Below the pieces are notes generated by a model. It was not told the origin of the DNA. It did no database searches and saw only the letters and a list, made by a program, of their open reading frames with translations. This document shows, in pieces, positions 1-17,305 of a stretch of DNA of 64,000 nt. Made by a program: the position numbers and the translations under genes. The stretch is from the human T2T-CHM13v2.0 reference genome, Homo sapiens. Numbering within the stretch: the stretch's first letter is position 1; every line of letters starts with the position of its first letter. The stretch is taken from assembly GCF_009914755.1 (NCBI RefSeq), contig NC_060927.1; one strand, given 5' to 3'.

Positions 1-3000
1 ATATTACATTCTCTGACACAGCCATGTTCTCTAACACTCATACTGAAATGGTCAGCAAACTGTCCTTTTCTGCTGAAATGCCCATTGAAACTCAAATCTT
101 CTCTTTCTGCCCATTAGCACTGAAATCTCTCATATGGCTTATGAAACGTAAGTTTCTATTTTGATATTTCATATTAACTACTCTTTGGAAAGCAAAATCT
201 AAAAACATAAAGAGAATTTTATGTGCTTTCAAAAGAAAATGACAAGTGTCTTTTCTCTTAATGTATATCCAAATACTTCTGCTTTTTTCCCATCAAATAC
301 AGAATGCATGCTATATTTACTTCAAGAGATAATGTGCCTATACCTCACTTATGAAACAATTTAAACCTGATATTTGGATGCAACAAGTGGACTGATGGAC
401 TCACTACTTACTGACATCATTGAGATGTCATTATTTTCTGATTTTTATTTTTTGGTCATTAAAGATGATAAAATAACTACTAATAAAAATCCAAATATAT
501 TGTTATGCAAGGCAATGACAGAAGAACATATTCTGAGTGATAGCAAAAAAGTCTTCAATAAACATAATCATGTCATGAAACTTAGCAATATGGCTTCTTT
601 ACTTAAGTGGACAAATATAAATTGAAAAAGAAAATTTGAATATAAAAGTTAAAAAAATAAATTTGTTCCTGAAACAAAACTGAGTGGACTCAAGATTATT
701 TGCATGTCCTGCATCACCAATGAGGATCTAAAGTGTCAATTTCCCACATGATCAATTTCAAGATGGAATTTAGTAGGAAATACTATATATACTTAAGTAT
801 ATTGTTTACTTAATCAGAAATTAATTTAAATAAATTTAATTAATGAAGCATTTTATTTAAATTTAAGTATCTTAGGAAATGTATCTTCAAATTCAAAATA
901 AAGTAAGAACTGATCTCATTTTTGAAATCAGAACTGTCCAAGTCCCCTTTAGATAAGAGGATTTGTTTAAATAATCTTTCAGTTCTCCAGTGTCTAACCA
1001 TAATGGAAGTAAAGAGAAAAAGGTAGTGAAAGCAATAGCAAAAACAATTGAGACTTATGAATTATAACCATGTGCTAGTAACTGTGTTATGTATTTTACA
1101 TGCATTATTTCATTTAATCATGAATCATTTTTGGAATGAAGAGCCAGTACATTTTACAGTATACGTGTACAAAAGAGTAAAATGGTGTTTAAAAATTGAA
1201 ACTAAACCACCCTTTAACAGTATTCTTTGAATACTGAAAATAAAAATAAGATATATAAAAATGTTTTAGAATCTGATCAAAGCATTTTTAAATGGTACTT
1301 TTTTTAAAAGACAAAAGTAAAGGAAACAAGGAATATTTTAAAAGATCCAATATAAAGTTAGTTCAATTTCAAACATAAAAAGTCTGTCCAGTAAAGATAT
1401 ATACATATATGCATGTATTTTCACATACATATATTTATATATGGCTTTTCTGCCCTCACCAAAGACCATCTACTTCTGTGAAGGAGTTAGTTCTAAGCTA
1501 CGGTGCTGATATCTCAGAACTCAGGGATTCTCATCTATTCCAAGCTCAAAATGGGGGGACCCAATTTCCAGTCTTCATTCTATCACTGATCTGCTCTTTT
1601 ATATTGAACAAATCTTTCCTTCTCTGAATATTTCTGATGATACACACATAGACACACACACACACCAATCAATCAAACAATATTTTATAATAACATATTC
1701 TATTTCCACTCCACTTCATCTCATCTGAACCATTTTACCCCTAGGAGTAATCCTTCCATCTTCCACGGACTAGATTTTGGAAATACATTCTATTGTACCT
1801 AGGTAAACACGTGGCTACTCAGCATACATGGTCAGTTCATGTTCTCATTTTACCCACATGAGGAAAACTGTATAATTTGAATTCTAAGTCACTTTAAGAA
1901 GCATAAGTTACTAATAATAACAATGAAAGAACATAATATATTGAAAGCAGCGAGAAAATATTCCTTCAAAATGCATACATTTTAGTTCAAAGCAATTACT
2001 ATTAAAAAGCACTCCAGTTAGTAAAATCTACAAAAGACATAATCTTTAATTAATTAGCAAAATACATATACACTTTTAGGAAAAATAGTTCTTCTATGGT
2101 TTTGCTGCTAAGATAGCCAGCAGATGTCTGCCTAGTCTGGAGGGAATTTTTCTTCCTCAGGAGAAAACAGCTTAAATGGAAACAAATAGCCATATGCTGA
2201 CTGTATACTGCTTAGCAGATGATGTAGAGAGCCATGTTCTACAATGGAAAACATGAGGGTCAAGGTTCAAATTAACTTTCTTTAAACTTCAATGTAATTA
2301 TCCAAGATCAAATTACATATTAAATATAAGTTGTGTCAAAGATCTGTGTTATCAATTTGTGACAGGCATAACATGGAGTTCTAAGTTTAATCATTGGTGA
2401 TATTGGTTACAGGAGAATAGACCCACAAACTATTTTCCTAATAAAGTTTTAAATAGAGCTGATCCAAAACAAGCAAGAAAATACAACTCGTAAGACCTTC
2501 TTAGAAAGTTGGGTTTGAAATTGAATTAGACAAATAGTGAGTTTTTATGTCTTAAAAACAGCAAAGTATTCTAAATTAAATAATTTCATATTCTCATCAA
2601 GACATGATTATTGGTTTGCAAAGAAAAATAATCAATAAAAAATAAATTTTAAAATCACATTTGTGCATAAAAATTGTTTTCTTTTATAAAATCAAACTTC
2701 AAATACTTACAAGTAAAAATGTTAGAGATAAAAACTACTATACATTTCCTAGCATTCCAATTTTTTGACTTTATAATTGTGTGAGATAACTTTAACTGCA
2801 TCAATACTGTTTTTGAGAAAAAGGTTTACAGTTTTTAACTACACAGCAAAGAACAGCAGCAAAACATTAACCAATATCTGCACTGAGGTCTACCCTTGTT
2901 ATAACTGGGATATAAATGAAAATAAAAATAAATAATCCCCCAAATAACTGATAAATAGAATAACTTTGGTGCATTACTTCAACTTAAATAAATATTTAAG

Positions 3001-3317
3001 GCACAATAGACAAAAATATTATTTCTATACAGAAATAAAGGTTTTAAATGGCATTCTATATTAATTTTTTTTCAATGTTTGAGAGGTTGACAATTGTTAG
3101 GAACCAAGAAATACAGTTGTTGTTACAGCTGTAAAACTTGGTTTAAAGGCAAATAAAACACATGAAAATGTTTTGAAAGCATTACCAACAACTGCGCTAT
3201 GAAACCTGTGTTGCCTCAAGACACTTTTCGTTAATGTTTTTACTTGGGGGTGATAGTTTAATATCATAACTTGATAGTAATATCGTAACTTTTGAAATAT
3301 GACTTTATCAAAACATG

Positions 3318-3645
3318 CAGTTGGTCCTCTATATTCATGGGCTTTGCAACTGTGGAATCAACCAATCACAGATGGAAAATAATAGGGGAAAAGAAATGAT
3401 AGTATCTATACTGAATATGTATGGTCTTTTTTTCCCTTGCGATTATCCCCTAGACAATACGGTATAGCAACAATTACTATATGAGCTATTGTACATAATT
3501 TAGACATATTTGTAAGTATATGGGGGAGGGTGTGCATAGGTTATGTGTAAATACTACGTCATATATAAGGAACTTGAGCATTCATGGGTATTTGTATATA
3601 CAGCAGTCCTGTAACCAATCGCCCATGAATCCTGAGGGAGGACTA
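3318..3645. mobile_element. MER2/Tigger-family (TcMar) non-autonomous DNA transposon fossil
   Basis: Starts CAGTTGGTCCTC...GGAATCAACCAATC and ends AACCAATCGCCCATGAATCCTGAGGGAGGACTA, with degenerate terminal inverted repeats; resembles the MER2 consensus. Confidence 0.75.
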
Positions 3646-4834
3646 TACATTCTTTTATAAATAGGTCGAACATTTAAACTTATTTTGCATGGGCTACATT
3701 CAAATTGGCCTTAAAAAATAAAAAAAGCAAACTAGCCTTCTGTTATGATGACAGCTGTCATTCACCTCACTAATTTAGTTCTGAGACCTTTACTGAGAAT
3801 CAAGACAATAAGAGAAAGGTCATAAGTTCATTGTTAGTTAACTGTGAATAGGCAAATATAAACTGGATTGTAGAACTTCAAAGAAATATTTTAAAAATGA
3901 ATAGCTAGTTTTAACACAGTTTAAAATGGTTACTTTAATTTTTATTGTATCTAATTATATTTTACACTCATATCAGAAATTTTTGGCATTCTGTCTTAAG
4001 TAATATGAGGCTCTGGGAGAGTGATCAAGTCATTTACATTCTCTAGGGCTGATTTCACGTTAATAATATGATTGAGTTGGAATAATCTGTCTCTAAATCC
4101 CTTTCTACATTTATAATTTTATAATTATATCAATGTATAATTTTATGCTTATTTAAGTTATAGTTGAATTTTGAAGACAATTTTGGAGACTATGAAAACT
4201 AATTATATAATTAAAATTTTGAACATATATTAACATATCAATTATCTTGGAAAAACATCATATATAAATATATACATGGTTATTTATATAGTTTTATAGA
4301 GAATTATATATAAAGTGAATTTTATCTAAATTTCATTTGTCTCTCCAATCCCTATGCAATTCTCAATTTTTGTCATATTATATACAGCAGGATCCTTTCA
4401 AGGGGATGAATCATTTTGGCTACTCCTTGAATGTAGATAGAAAATAAAAGAAGCCCAATTCTTATTCAACTGCAATATAAATCTAGCCTATAGATACAAC
4501 AGTTTAATGGTTAGTCAATAAATCCTTCTTGAGGGTAATTTCAAATGAGCTGTATTTGGTGCTAGTGTAAATAAACTGAACCATAAAACTACTTGAGGAT
4601 AACATACACCTGTTTTCTTCCAAAGGCACCCCACAGTAGCCAAGAAAATAAAATATAAGGCATATACATATACTTTTTTGATATAGCTTTAATAGAAATA
4701 TATTTCTAAGAATTAGAAATGGTTTAAAACCCTAACTTAAACTGCCAGTTGAAGGTATTTTTCTTAATGAAGACAAATTTTTAAATCCCACACTATCTTA
4801 TTTATAGACAAATTCTCATATGTAGCTATGGATA

Positions 4835-4843
4835 AGAGAGAGA

Positions 4844-4885
<42 letters not shown>
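4835..4885. repeat. (GA)n(GT)n compound microsatellite adjoining the 7SL pseudogene tail
   Basis: gagagagagtgagtgtgtgtg... seen directly. Confidence 0.95.
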
Positions 4886-4886
<1 letters not shown>

Positions 4887-4887
<1 letters not shown>

Positions 4888-5138
4888 TTTTTGGCTATTC
4901 ACCGGCATGATCCCACTACTGATCAGCATGGGAGTTTTGATCTGCTCCATTTCTGACCTGATCCTGTTCACTCCTCCTTAGGCCAACCTGGTGGTTCCCC
5001 ATTCTCAGGAGGTCACCGTACTGACACCAAACTTAGTTTGGACACCCAATGGACATGGTGCAGTACAGCCCAGAACCCCTGGGCTCAAGCAATTCTCTTG
5101 CCTCAGTGTCTCAAGTAGCTGAACTATAGGCAGCACAT
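4887..5138 (-). pseudogene. 7SL (SRP RNA, RN7SL) retropseudogene including the S domain; 3'-truncated with a short A tail
   Basis: Reverse complement follows 7SL: GCCTATAGTTCAGCTAC...TTCTGGGCTGTA...GGGTGTCCAAACTAAGTTTGG...GGTGACCTCC...ACCACCAGGTTG...TAAGGAGGAGTGAAC...CAGGTCAGAAATGGAGCAGATCAAAACTCCCATGCTGATCAGTAGTGGGATC...GTGAATAGCC-A(n). CpGs are decayed. Confidence 0.93.
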
Positions 5139-5448
5139 GGTTCCCTATTCAATATCTTTAAAGGTAACAAAGGAGGGGATGGAACAATTTTAATAAAACT
5201 TTCCAACAGAAAATCACTCCCAATCAAAAGTCAAATTGTTAACCAACTGTGTGTAAATACCAATTTAGCTTGAATAACAAGTTAGGATGAGAAATACAGA
5301 AAACCGAAATAGTAGATTGTATTCACATACAAAGCTAGAGTTTATCCTCAGGTAAGGCCTGAGATACAAATTCGACTTTTCATTGCCATGATCAAACAAA
5401 TGACGCCACTCTGCCACTCCCTCTGCCAAACACAGAGCGCCCAGTTTA

Positions 5449-5826
<378 letters not shown>

Positions 5827-6185
5827 TTAATCGCTTATTTTTAAAGCATTGGCTTAACCATTACTATTTAAACACTGCATAACATTGGCCTAGCCTTCCT
5901 ACCCTATTTACTAACAATCTTTCTGGTGTCCGCCTTGACTACACCTTCCAATTCTTGAATCCTTTTGAGTCTCCACTCAGAAACTTCTCTCGCTTACACA
6001 TTGCCTGTGCAAATCCTGTCCTCAAATCCCTCATCCCCAGGTCCTTTCAGAACCCATTACATTGTGTGTTTATACCATGCATGTGTCCATTTCTGCAGAG
6101 GAATGTGTTTATTACAAATAATGGCACGGTTCCCTGGAACCTCCTTTTTAACGAACATCAGTCAACACTTCAACAAAACATATGT

Positions 6186-6506
<321 letters not shown>

Positions 6507-7069
6507 CTAATGAACATTTGCATTCAAATATATACTAGAACTGTCCTTTATGTAGACTTTTATATCTTCCTAAATAAAAAAAAGTATATACACTTCCCCA
6601 GAGTTTTTATTAATAAATTAATTTTATTAATAATAATTTATATTTTAATAGACTTCAGAGATGAAATGCTAAGTACCTGAGTTTAAATAATTAAATATAC
6701 TATTAAATGGAAAAGGATATTGAGTGAGGGGCTTCATTCTGGACCTTACATATTACTTAATAAATGAAGCCCTGAGTGTCTATGTCACTTAAATATTTTC
6801 TGTGTCTGTACCTTATTTTTTCCAATGAGATTATAACTCAAAAACAGGAATGATGTTTCATATTTTATAACATTCCTATCTTATTTCTGCTTATATACAG
6901 TAAATATGTAAATTTATCAAAGATTTCTCAAATTCAACAGCCAAAGGCCTTACTGAAAGAGTCCCAAATCATGCCCTCATCTAGTGTTTCAAGGTCAATG
7001 AATAAGGCAAATTAGAAACCAGTCTTCCTCTCTTTCTGTCCCCTAGTTCTTTCCAAATTCCTCCTGAAA

Positions 7070-7740
7070 AGTTCTCAAATTACTCTGCTTAGCCTCATCT
7101 ATATAACCAGCTACCATCACAAGTCCAACTACCGTCTCTTTCCACCAGGATGTAGGAAAGCCTGTGAAATAGTTTCACTTCAGTGTAGCCAGATGAAGGC
7201 TCTGAAATGCAAATATAATGTGGGTTGTCCTCTACTTCAGTGGCTCTTAAAATAAACTTACTGCTCTTAACGTAAGTCTTTAACTAGACCTACAAGAGTT
7301 AGCCTGTTCATTCCCTGATCCACCTGTCTAGACACTTCCTGTTCCATGCTTTTCTCTGCTGTCTTCAGCCTGACTTCTCTTAGCTCCACAAGTACCTTGC
7401 GCATCCTCCTGCAACATGATTTATGCCTGCCACAGGGCCTGGGCTTGAAGTAATCTTACAGTAGAATACACCTACTCTATTTCAAATCTCTGCTCTCTCT
7501 AATCTTTACAAGTTAAATGTTGGTTTTATAAACCGAAATAGCACTATACAGCTACCCTTGGTAAGAATGATCAGAATTACAATATATAAATCTATTTGTC
7601 GGATGCTATTTGTCCGTTTTTCCCACCCTTCTGTAAGATCTGTGGGTCTGGTTTTGCTCATGGTATTTCCCTTATGCTTGGCAGAGTGCTGTGCACATTA
7701 CAGTACTCAGTAAACCATGTGTTGAATAAATGACAAAAAA
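7070..7740 (+). mobile_element. Degraded L2 3' fragment(s)
   Basis: L2-like 3' end (TTGGCAGAGTG...GTACTCAGTAAACCATGTGTTGAATAAATGA); boundaries approximate. Confidence 0.5.
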
Positions 7741-8867
7741 GAATGAAGTGCTGACAAGAAAGACCTAACTAAGCAGAAGGAGAGGAAGTTTAACAATCAT
7801 GTATTCTATGACAAGACAGGAAAATATGTTATTTTTCAAAGTTATAATACGTATACATTCAACCTTTAATAGACTGTAAGCCCTACATGAGGCTTATTTG
7901 TATCTAATTTGTAACTACTCCAATTAATGTTTTTCTTAGTGAAATATATTAATGAATAATGAAAGATCTATTATTTGCTCATGTCCACCATGAAACAAAA
8001 ATTATAATTTGAAATGCCAATAGTTGTATAATCTGAAACACTAATAACTTTAGCTTAGTGCACGTATACAGCATGGTATAGATTTTTTCAATGAAACTAA
8101 GCTCTAGAAAAGGAGGAAATAAACTAGCAATATAAAAGAAAAAAATTACTTGGAAACTTATACTCTCTAAGGCTATGTTGAAGCCAAGTGAAATTCAGAT
8201 TGGATTTTATATTACTCATCACAGTCAGTGCTATACAACTTCAGAAGATTAAGTATTGTAATATGTTCTTGGCCTTTACCTTGGCTGGAATTCTGAAAGG
8301 TGGATGCTAAGGAGGATTGACTGCTGAGGAGATATTTATTTAATTAAAGCAACTTTTATTTTAAAATCTGAAAGTCCATTTCAGCTAGAAAATAGGGATA
8401 TATAGGCTGTTATGAGGATACAAAGAAGGGCCACCGAAGATTGCCTGAGCAAGTCAGAGAAGAAACTCAAACACATTACGTTTGAGATAAGCCTTGAAGA
8501 ATGAGTCAGAAACGGAAGACAGGTGATGATTTCACCCAGAGGCACAGCTACAGGAGTATGTGGTACACTTGTGGGACCTGCAAGCTGCTTAGTATGGCCT
8601 GAGTATAAGGTGCATTTCAGAGACTGTGAAGTGTAAGTCTGAAGGAATAGCTAAAATAAATAACTTCTTGGGCTTTGTACAATGAGCCACAGTTTTGGAA
8701 CCCAGTGGAAGACAGCCAGAAACCATTAAGAAATGTTAAGCAATGGATGAGTATCATCAAGGCTGGTTTTAAAGAGCTCACTATTGGCAGCATGAAACTG
8801 GACCTAACAGGATGAGCTAAGAAGGAATTAGTGAGGACCCGTTTCAAGCAATAAATCTGAAAACCAG

Positions 8868-9165
8868 GGTCAAGCATGGTGGCTCATGCCTGTAATTCCA
8901 GCACTTTGGGAGGTCAAGGCAGGAGGATCACTTGAGCCTAGGAGTTCAAGACCAGCCTAGGCAACACAAGGAAACCATGTCTCTATAAAAAATTCAAACA
9001 ATTAGCCAGGTGTATGATGCACGCCTGTAATCCCAGCAACTCAGGAGCTCAGGTGCAATGATCACCTGGGCCTGGGAAGTCGAGGCTGCAGTGAGCTGAG
9101 ATCACACCACCACACTCCAGCACAGGGACAGAGGGAGACACTGTCTCAAAGATAAAGAAAGGAAG
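8868..9165 (+). mobile_element. AluJ
   Basis: Dimer with GGAGGATCACTTGAGCC and GAGGCTGCAG; degenerate TSD AAATCTGAAAACCAG / AAACCTGAGAGCCAG. Confidence 0.88.
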
Positions 9166-9605
9166 AAACCTGAGAGCCAGAACTTAGACATTAACAGACA
9201 GAAGGGAAAACAGAAGGAAGAATCTCAAGATATTAATTCATAAAATCAACAGAGTCTAGCCACTTACAATATGGAGTAAAAGGAAATGCAAATACACAGG
9301 ATGGAGGACAAGCAGAGGGTAGGGAGATTCCATGTTTCTTGTCTCTGTAATGGGTGAAGAGCAGTCTCACTGAAGGCAGGGAATAAGAGAGTGAAATTTG
9401 GTAAAAGGAAGAAGGGCAAGGAGATAATTCTATTCAGTATGAGACATGAAGAATTTGGGATACTTCTAGAATAGCCAAACGGTACTGACAAGCTGTCAAT
9501 TGTATATCCTTAAGTTTGACCTCAAAAAAGAAACCTCAGCTGGAAAGTCAATTAGAATACAGCCAATGATTAAATCCATAGTAAAGATCAAAACTTCCTG
9601 GGGAA

Positions 9606-9766
9606 GCCAGGCCCAGTGGCACACGCCTGTAGTGTGTCCCAGCTACTCAGGAGGCTGAGGTGGAAGGATCACTTGAGCCCATGAGGCTGCAGTGTGCTAT
9701 GATCACACCTGTGAATAGCCACTGCACTTCAGCCTGGGCAACATAGTGAGACCCCATCTCTAAAAA
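9606..9766 (+). mobile_element. FAM (fossil Alu monomer)
   Basis: Single monomer retaining the 7SL-like GATCACACCTGTGAATAGCCACTGCAC segment. Confidence 0.8.
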
Positions 9767-9782
9767 GTTTATTTTTTTTTTT

Positions 9783-10225
<443 letters not shown>

Positions 10226-11189
10226 CTATAGCGAAACCACAACCAGTATGGCTTTGGGAATGGAACTCAGGACCAAGTTTTTACCATGATGTTTGTACAC
10301 AACAATTCAGTAAATGTCTCAGCAATAAAAATGTTTTCCATATTATTAAACGCTAAATTTCTCAAAAGGCTCTATGGAATATTCTTTCTTCAGATTGTTA
10401 CTAGGCATTGCTTCAAGGAAGAGTTGCAGTTCTCAGGGTGATTAGTCTGCTAAGGCATACTATGATGTACAAGAAGAGGGGTATAATATGTAGCATTTCC
10501 CAACTTATTTGGCCACTGAACTCTTTTTTATTTTTATTTTTTGCAGAATATCCCACTGAACTTTGCTTCTAAGAAACACATTTCAAGAGAAAATATACAC
10601 TATCAAGCATTTAATAATTTGAGGAGAATGAATAGGATCAGCAAAAAACCTATTACTTGACTATTAAGCCAATACCCTTGGAGGTTATGACAAAATACAG
10701 AAATCTCACATTTCTCATAATGTATAACCTTCAGGAAAAAGATCTTCCAATTTCAGAGTGATGATTTATGAGTGATTGGTTAACTTTAATAATAAAAACC
10801 ATAAATGGTAATCATCATCTTTATTAAAAAAGTATAATGAATTATTATTTGTTATAAAGTCTAAGCAGGAAGAAAAGGAATAGAAAAGAAAACCACTACT
10901 AATTATCCACCATCTTCTGTATTACAACAACATCTTTATGAAGTGTGTGTTGTTATATCTGTGTCCATATGGGGGAACTGAGACTCTCAGCTGTCATTCA
11001 GCTGTGAAGTGGCAGTGCTGGAATTCAATCACAGTCAGATTCAAAGTCCTTGCTCTTTCCAACTATTCCATAAATACTGCTATGGTTAATTAGTTAAAAT
11101 CCATAGAGAAACATGCTTTGTTCACACTTGCTTCCAACACTGGAGGTGTTCACTTTGCACTTTGATTGCTTACTTTTAAAATATAGATG

Positions 11190-11337
11190 ATAAAAACACC
11201 AAGAGCTCTCCTGCTCTCTTTTTCTCTCTCTGCCATGTGAGGACACAGAAGGCAGCCATCTATAAGCCAGAAAGTGAGCCCTCATCAGAAACCAGCCATG
11301 CCTGCACCCTGATGTCAGATTTCAGCCTCCAGAACAG
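11190..11337 (+). mobile_element. MLT1/MST-like (ERVL-MaLR) LTR fragment
   Basis: CTGCCATGTGAGGACACAGAAGGCAGCCATCTATAAGCCAG...CAGCCTCCAGAAC is typical of a MaLR LTR 3' half. Confidence 0.75.
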
Positions 11338-11374
11338 ATTAAAGAGTTCTTTGGGGATAGAAGAAAATAAATGT

Positions 11375-12410
11375 GGAGGGAGGAGCCAAGATGGCCGAAT
11401 AGGAACAGCTCCGGTCTACAGCTCCCAGGGGGAGCAACGCAGAAGACCAGTGATTTCTGCATTTCCAACTGAGGTACCGGGTTCATCTCACTGGGGAGTG
11501 CCAGACAGTAGGTGCAGGACAGTGGGTGCAGCGCACCGTGTGCGAGTCAAACCAGAGAGAGGCATTGCCTAACCCAGGAAGCGCAAGGGGTCAGGGAATT
11601 CCCTTTCCTAGTCAAAGAAAGGGGTGACAGATGGCACCTGGAAAATCGGGTCACTCCCACCCTAATACTGCGCTTTTCCAATGGACTTAAAAAACGGCAC
11701 ACCAGGAGATTATATCCCGCACGTGGCTCACAGGGTCCTACACCCAGGGAGTCTTGCTCATTGCTAGCACAGCAGTCCCAGATCAAACTGCAAGGCGGCA
11801 GTGAGGCTTGGGGAGGGGTGCCCGCCATTGCCGAGTTAGTTGTTTGATTAGGTAGACAAAGCTACCGGGAAGCTCAAACTGGGTGAAGCCCACCACAGCT
11901 CAAGGAGGCCTGCCTGCCCCTGTAGGCTCCACCTCTGGGGTCAGGGCATGGACAAACAAAAAGATAGCAGTAACCTCTGCAGATTTAAATGTCCCTCTCT
12001 GACAGCTTTGAAGAGAGTAGTGGTTCTCCCAGCACGCAGCTTGAGATCTGAGAATGGGCAGACTGCCTCCTCAAGTGGGTCCCTGACCCCCGAGTAGCCT
12101 AACTGGGAGGCACCCCCCAGTAGGGGCGGACTGACACCTCACACGGCCGGGTACTACTCTGAGACAAAACTTCCAGAGGAACAATCAGACAGCAGCATTT
12201 GCAGTTCACCAATATATGCTGTTCTGCAGACACCGCTGCTGATACCCAGGCAAACAGGGTCTGGAGTGGACCTCTAGCAAACTCTAACAGACCTGCAGCT
12301 GAGGGTCCTGTCTGTTAGAAAGAAAACTAACATACAGAAAGGACATCCACACCAAAAACCCATCTGTACCTCACCATCATCAAAGACCAAAGGTAGATAA
12401 AACCACAAAG
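11375..12410. promoter_or_regulatory. L1 5'UTR with sense promoter (YY1 site CAAGATGGCCG at 11387-11397) and antisense promoter region
   Basis: Sequence matches the L1PA 5'UTR. Promoter activity is established for this family but not shown for this copy; CpGs are partly decayed. Confidence 0.7.
11547..11828 (-). CDS. L1 ORF0 homolog (antisense ORF), 93 aa, open
   Basis: MAGTPPQASLPPCSLIWDCCASNEQDSLGVGPCEP...RVGVTRFSRC matches primate L1 ORF0 (MAGAPPPASLPPCSLISDCCAS...). ATG is in strong context (GCAATGG). Expression unknown. Confidence 0.7.
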   Translation of the reverse strand: MAGTPPQASLPPCSLIWDCCASNEQDSLGVGPCEPRAGYNLLVCRFLSPLEKRSIRVGVTRFSRCHLSPLSLTRKGNSLTPCASWVRQCLSLV

Positions 12411-13430
12411 ACGGGAAAAAAACAGGGCAGAAAAACTGGAAACTCTAAAAATCAGAGCGCCTCTCCTCCTCCAAAGGAATGCAGCTCCTCACCAGCAACG
12501 GAACAAAACTGGATGGAGAATGACTTTGACAAATTGAGAGAAGAAGGCTTCAGACGATCAAACTACTCTGAGCTACAGGAGGAAATTCAAACCAATGGCA
12601 AAGAAGTTAAAAGCTTTGAAAAAATATTAGATGAATGGATAACTAGAAGAACCAATACAGAGAAGTCCTTAAAGGACCTGATGGAGCTGAAAACCAAGGC
12701 ACGAGAGCTACGTGACAACTGTAGAAGCCTCCGTAGACAATGCAATCAACTGGAAGAAAGGGTATCAGTGATGGAAGACGAAATGAATGAAATGAAGCGA
12801 GAAGAGAAGTTTAGAGAAAAAAAAAAAATAAAAAGAAATCAACAAAGCCTCCAAGAAATATAGGACCATGTGAAAAGACCAAATCTACGTCTGATTGGTG
12901 TACCTGAAAGTGATGGGGAGAATGGAACCAAGTTGGAAAACACTCTGCAGGGTATTATCCAGAAGGACTTCCCCAATCTAGCAAGGCAGGCCAACATTCA
13001 AATTCAGGAAATACAGAGAACACCACAAAGATACTCCTCGAGAAGGGCAATTCCAAGACACATAATTGTCAGATTCACCAAAGTTGAAATGAAGGAAAAA
13101 ATGTTAAGGGCAGCCAGGGAGAAAGGTCGGGTTACCCACAAAGGGAAGCCCACCAGACTAACAGCTAATCTCTTGGCAGAAACTCTACAAGCTAGAGGAG
13201 AGTGGGGACCAATATTCAACATTCTTAAAGAAAAGAATTTTCAACCCACAATTTCATATCCAGCCAAACTAAGCTTCATAAGTGAAGGAGTAATAAAATA
13301 CTTTACAGACAAGCAAATGCTGAGAGATTTTGTCACCACCAGGCCTGCCCTAAAAGAGCTCCTGAAGGAAGCACTAAATGTGGAAAGGAACAACTGGTAA
13401 CAGCCACTGCAAAAACATGCCAAATTGTAA
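12411..13430 (+). pseudogene. L1 ORF1p remnant
   Basis: Start codon changed to ACG at 12411; premature stops at 12861-12863 and 13398-13400; fragments MENDFDKLREEGFRR... and KRPNLRLIGVPESDGE... Confidence 0.93.
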
Positions 13431-13493
13431 AGACCATCAAGGCTAGGAAGAAACTGCATCAACTAATGAGCAAAATAACCAGCTAACATCATA

Positions 13494-17305
<3,812 letters not shown>

